A DNA stretch of 24,000 nt from Dubosiella muris (GTDB taxonomy: Bacteria; Bacillota_I; Bacilli_A; Erysipelotrichales; Erysipelotrichaceae). The stretch spans positions 1,971 to 25,970 of the forward strand of contig NZ_SRYG01000006.1 in NCBI RefSeq assembly GCF_004793885.1, given 5' to 3'. The notes beneath the pieces are model-generated. The model saw only the letters and a program-made list of their open reading frames with translations. It was not told the DNA's origin and made no database searches. Both the position numbers and the translations under genes were made by a program. Shown piece by piece: positions 21,350 to 24,000 of this stretch. Every line of letters begins with the position of its first letter. Position 1 is the stretch's first letter.

Positions 21350-22353
21350 GAAAGACGGTTAAAATCAAGCCCGCCTTTTATATGATTGTGATTTGTATCG
21401 CGGTGGTTTTCGCCGCGATTCTTTCTGTTTTTTTAGGGAGCACGAAAATCCCGGTTTTGGAAGTGCTTCAGGCGCTCGTTTCGCCCGATGGAACGAGCCA
21501 CGCGCATTTGGCGGTTTTAGAGCTGCGCATTCCACGCACGATTGGCGATTTGCTTGTGGGCGCCGCCCTGGCTTGCGCGGGGGCGATGATGCAAGGGGTC
21601 ACACGCAATCCGCTGGCGGACTGTGGCTTGCTTGGCATCAACGCTGGCGCGTCGTTCGCGCTGGCGCTTTGCCTTGGCGTGTTTTCCACGATGGATTTTG
21701 GATGGAGCGTCCTGGCTTCGATGGCGGGCGCCACAGTGGCGGCTTTGCTTGTGTTTGGCTCCATGCGGGTCGGCCGCCGTCCGTTCGATACCGGCCGGCT
21801 CGTGCTGGCGGGTCTGGCTGTCAGCATGTTGTTCACGTCGCTGGCCCAGGCCATTTCCTTGTTTACGAATACGGGACAGGACTTGGCGTTTTGGAGCGCT
21901 GGCGGCGTGGCCGGCATTCGGATGGAACAGCTGAAAATCGTGGGGCCGATCTTGCTGGCGGGCCTCGTGTGGGGTTTGCTGCTGGCGAAAAAAGTGGCGG
22001 TGCTCTCGCTTGGCGAAGAGGTCGCGCAAGGCCTGGGGGTGCCAGTCAAACGGGCGACGCTTCAATGTCTGGCGGCCGTGCTGCTCATGGCGGCTTGCTC
22101 GGTGGCGCTGGCGGGACCGATCGCGTTTGTCGGTTTGCTCGTTCCGTACATCGCGCGGTTTTGGATCGGGCCGAGCTATGAAACGCTCATTCCGGCTTCC
22201 ATGGTGACGGGGGCGCTGTTTATGGTCGTGGCGGATTTGATTTCCCGGGTAGTCAACGCGCCATCCGAAACGCCGGTTGGCTTGATTTTCGCGATCATCG
22301 GCGTGCCGGTGTTCGTGGCGCTGGCGCGCAAAGGAGGACGCGGTTTTGAGTAA
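21346..22353 (+). CDS. FecCD-family ABC transporter permease
   Basis: 335 aa and polytopic. FecCD motifs are LELRIPRTIGDLLVGAALACAGAMMQGVTRNPLADCGLLGINAGAS and PVGLIFAIIGVPVF. There is an ATGA overlap with the binding-protein gene. Confidence 0.9.
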   Translation: MRKTVKIKPAFYMIVICIAVVFAAILSVFLGSTKIPVLEVLQALVSPDGTSHAHLAVLELRIPRTIGDLLVGAALACAGAMMQGVTRNPLADCGLLGINAGASFALALCLGVFSTMDFGWSVLASMAGATVAALLVFGSMRVGRRPFDTGRLVLAGLAVSMLFTSLAQAISLFTNTGQDLAFWSAGGVAGIRMEQLKIVGPILLAGLVWGLLLAKKVAVLSLGEEVAQGLGVPVKRATLQCLAAVLLMAACSVALAGPIAFVGLLVPYIARFWIGPSYETLIPASMVTGALFMVVADLISRVVNAPSETPVGLIFAIIGVPVFVALARKGGRGFE

Positions 22354-23350
22354 AAAACAAAAGAGAAGACAGCGCGTCGTGCTGCTTGGACTGCTGGTGG
22401 CGCTGCTTGGATTGGTCGTGGTCGACTTGCAGTCCGGCTACGCGAACATTTCGCTGACGCAAATCGGGGAGATTTTGAGCGGCCGGGCGAGCCGGGCGCT
22501 GACGTATACGTTTTTAGAGTTGCGGATGCCGCGAATCGTCGTGTCTTTGCTTGTGGGCGTCGGGTTGTCGGTGTCGGGGATGCTCATGCAGTCGGTGACC
22601 CGCAACGAGATGGCCGACCCGGGGCTGCTGGGGATGAACGCGGGATCGGGTCTGCTGCTGGCGGTGTTTTTCGTTTTTTTTAAACAAAGCGTGGATCGTT
22701 TCTCGTTTTGGCTGCCGGTTTTATCGTTTGCCGGCGCGCTAGGCGTGTTTGGACTCGAATACCGGCTGGCGCTTGTCCGTCAGAAGATGCATCCGAAGCG
22801 GCTGCTGCTCATGGGCGTGGCGATTTCGCTGGCGCTTTCCTCTTTGACGACGATGCTGATGCTGCGGCTGCCCGATCAGGACTATGCGTTTGTGCAAAAC
22901 TGGCTGGCCGGCAACATTTGGGGCGCGAGCTGGGGAAACGCCGCGCTGCTCGCGGTCGGGTTTGTTCCGCTGCTGGGGGTGGCGTTTTATGGAGCGAAAA
23001 CGCTCAACCTCTTTGATTTGGGCGAAATTCCGGCGACGGCGCTGGGCGTGGATGTCAAGAGGCAGACGAAAAAGTTTTTGCTGGCGGCCATCGCCTTGTC
23101 CTCGCTTTGCTGCGCGGTCGGCGGCGGCTTGAGTTTTGTCGGTTTGATTTGTCCTCACCTGGCACGCAAACTCGTGGGTGTCAATCATCGGGTGCTCGTG
23201 ATTGGAAGCGTGTTGCTGGGTGGCGTGCTACTGACGGGCGCGGACATTGTTTCGCGCACATTGCTGCTGCCCAACGAGATTCCGGTCGGCATCGTGGCGA
23301 CGGTGCTTGGGGCTCCGTATTTCTTGTATTTGCTAGTAAAGGAGAAGTAA
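22346..23350 (+). CDS. FecCD-family ABC transporter permease (second subunit)
   Basis: 334 aa. The TTG start is preceded by AAGGAGG at 8 nt. Motifs are LELRMPRIVVSLLVGVGLSVSGMLMQSVTRNEMADPGLLGMNAGSG and PVGIVATVLGAPYFLYLL. Confidence 0.9.
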   Translation: MSKKQKRRQRVVLLGLLVALLGLVVVDLQSGYANISLTQIGEILSGRASRALTYTFLELRMPRIVVSLLVGVGLSVSGMLMQSVTRNEMADPGLLGMNAGSGLLLAVFFVFFKQSVDRFSFWLPVLSFAGALGVFGLEYRLALVRQKMHPKRLLLMGVAISLALSSLTTMLMLRLPDQDYAFVQNWLAGNIWGASWGNAALLAVGFVPLLGVAFYGAKTLNLFDLGEIPATALGVDVKRQTKKFLLAAIALSSLCCAVGGGLSFVGLICPHLARKLVGVNHRVLVIGSVLLGGVLLTGADIVSRTLLLPNEIPVGIVATVLGAPYFLYLLVKEK

Positions 23351-24000
23351 TGGAAAACAAAGAGAAAACGATTTTGGAAGGAAAAGGGCTGAAAATCGGC
23401 TACGATGGCAAAATCGTCGTGCCCGGGCTGGATGTGAAAATTCCCCGCGGCAAAATCACGGCGCTGATTGGTCCCAACGGCTGCGGAAAATCGACTTTGC
23501 TGAAAGCGCTCGCCCGCGTTCTTTCGATTGAAAGCGGCGAAGTGCTGCTGGAAGGAAAGAACATCTTTCAAACGCCGACAAAGGAAGTGGCGAAGCAAAT
23601 GGCCCTGCTGCCGCAAGCCCCGCAGGCGCCGGCCGGCTTGAGCGTGGAAGAACTTGTGTCTTACGGGCGCTATCCGTATCAAAAAGGATTCGGGGCGCTG
23701 GATTCGACCGATCACGCCTTGATCGACGAGGCGATGAAAAACACGGGGGTCTACGATTTACGCGAGCGGGATATCGCGACGTTGTCGGGCGGACAGCGTC
23801 AGCGGGCCTGGATCGCGATGGCGCTGGCGCAGGACACGCCGCTCATTTTGCTCGACGAGCCGACGACGTATTTGGATATGGCGCATCAGCTGGAAATTTT
23901 GGAGCTGCTGCGAAAACTCAATGAAACTGCGGGCAAGACGATCGTTCTTGTCATTCACGATTTGAATTTGGCGGCCCGGTTTAGCGACTTTATGGTGGCG
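23350..24000 (+). CDS. ABC transporter ATP-binding protein (FhuC/FepC class); the 3-prime end lies outside the window
   Basis: My manual translation starts MENKEKTILEGKGL. It contains Walker A GPNGCGKST, the Q-loop LLPQ, the signature LSGGQRQR and Walker B ILLDEPT. The frame is open to position 24000. It is absent from the ORF track because it has no stop. Confidence 0.9.
   Translation, partial: MENKEKTILEGKGLKIGYDGKIVVPGLDVKIPRGKITALIGPNGCGKSTLLKALARVLSIESGEVLLEGKNIFQTPTKEVAKQMALLPQAPQAPAGLSVEELVSYGRYPYQKGFGALDSTDHALIDEAMKNTGVYDLRERDIATLSGGQRQRAWIAMALAQDTPLILLDEPTTYLDMAHQLEILELLRKLNETAGKTIVLVIHDLNLAARFSDFMVA

Noticed and set aside
1-24000. A whole-window check for CRISPR arrays, tRNA/rRNA genes, IS elements, integrases and long direct repeats.
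   Set aside because: None was recognised by eye. The only repeated coding similarity is between the two PRD/EIIA paralogues, and it is visible at the protein level only.

Overview
This 24-kb window looks like a chromosomal region from a Bacillota (Bacillales-like) genome. Signs include GGAGG-type ribosome-binding sites, sigma-A type promoters, PTS genes, a lipobox lipoprotein and ATGA-coupled operons. All calls rest on reading the ORF track and recalling family motifs; no searches were run. No rRNA, tRNA, CRISPR array, transposase or integrase was seen.

Gene content, left to right:
- The 3-prime part of an ABC-class ATPase gene.
- A three-gene split-HipA kinase toxin-antitoxin module (HTH, HipS-like, HipT-like) behind three operator-like palindromes.
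- A convergent ldh plus short pyruvate-kinase-like pair.
- A long operon encoding a PRD/EIIB/EIIA-type regulator, an M42 peptidase, lactose/cellobiose-family PTS EIIA, EIIB and EIIC, an M24 Xaa-Pro peptidase, a MalY/PatB-type C-S lyase and an RDD membrane protein. It has no glycoside hydrolase.
- A stand-alone Schlafen/AlbA_2-type ATPase-wHTH protein.
- Two back-to-back 3-prime gene remnants (a DeoR-family regulator and the glycyl-radical domain of a PFL-like enzyme) that look like a deletion scar.
- A PAS-PAS-REC protein that appears to be a hybrid histidine kinase without its catalytic core.
- An HD phosphohydrolase.
- A PRD/EIIB/EIIA protein with no DNA-binding domain.
- A two-gene AmmeMemoRadiSam variant: a Memo/LigB-like domain fused to AMMECR1, plus its radical SAM enzyme.
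- An iron-siderophore-type ABC importer (binding lipoprotein, two FecCD permeases, and an ATPase truncated at the right edge).

Spot counts suggest that about 1.0-14.3 kb is lower in G+C than the flanks, so it may be an accessory block.

The most interesting candidates are the HipBST-like module with an unusual kinase N-terminus and P-loop, the PTS-peptidase-lyase operon of unknown substrate, and the fused AmmeMemoRadiSam system.
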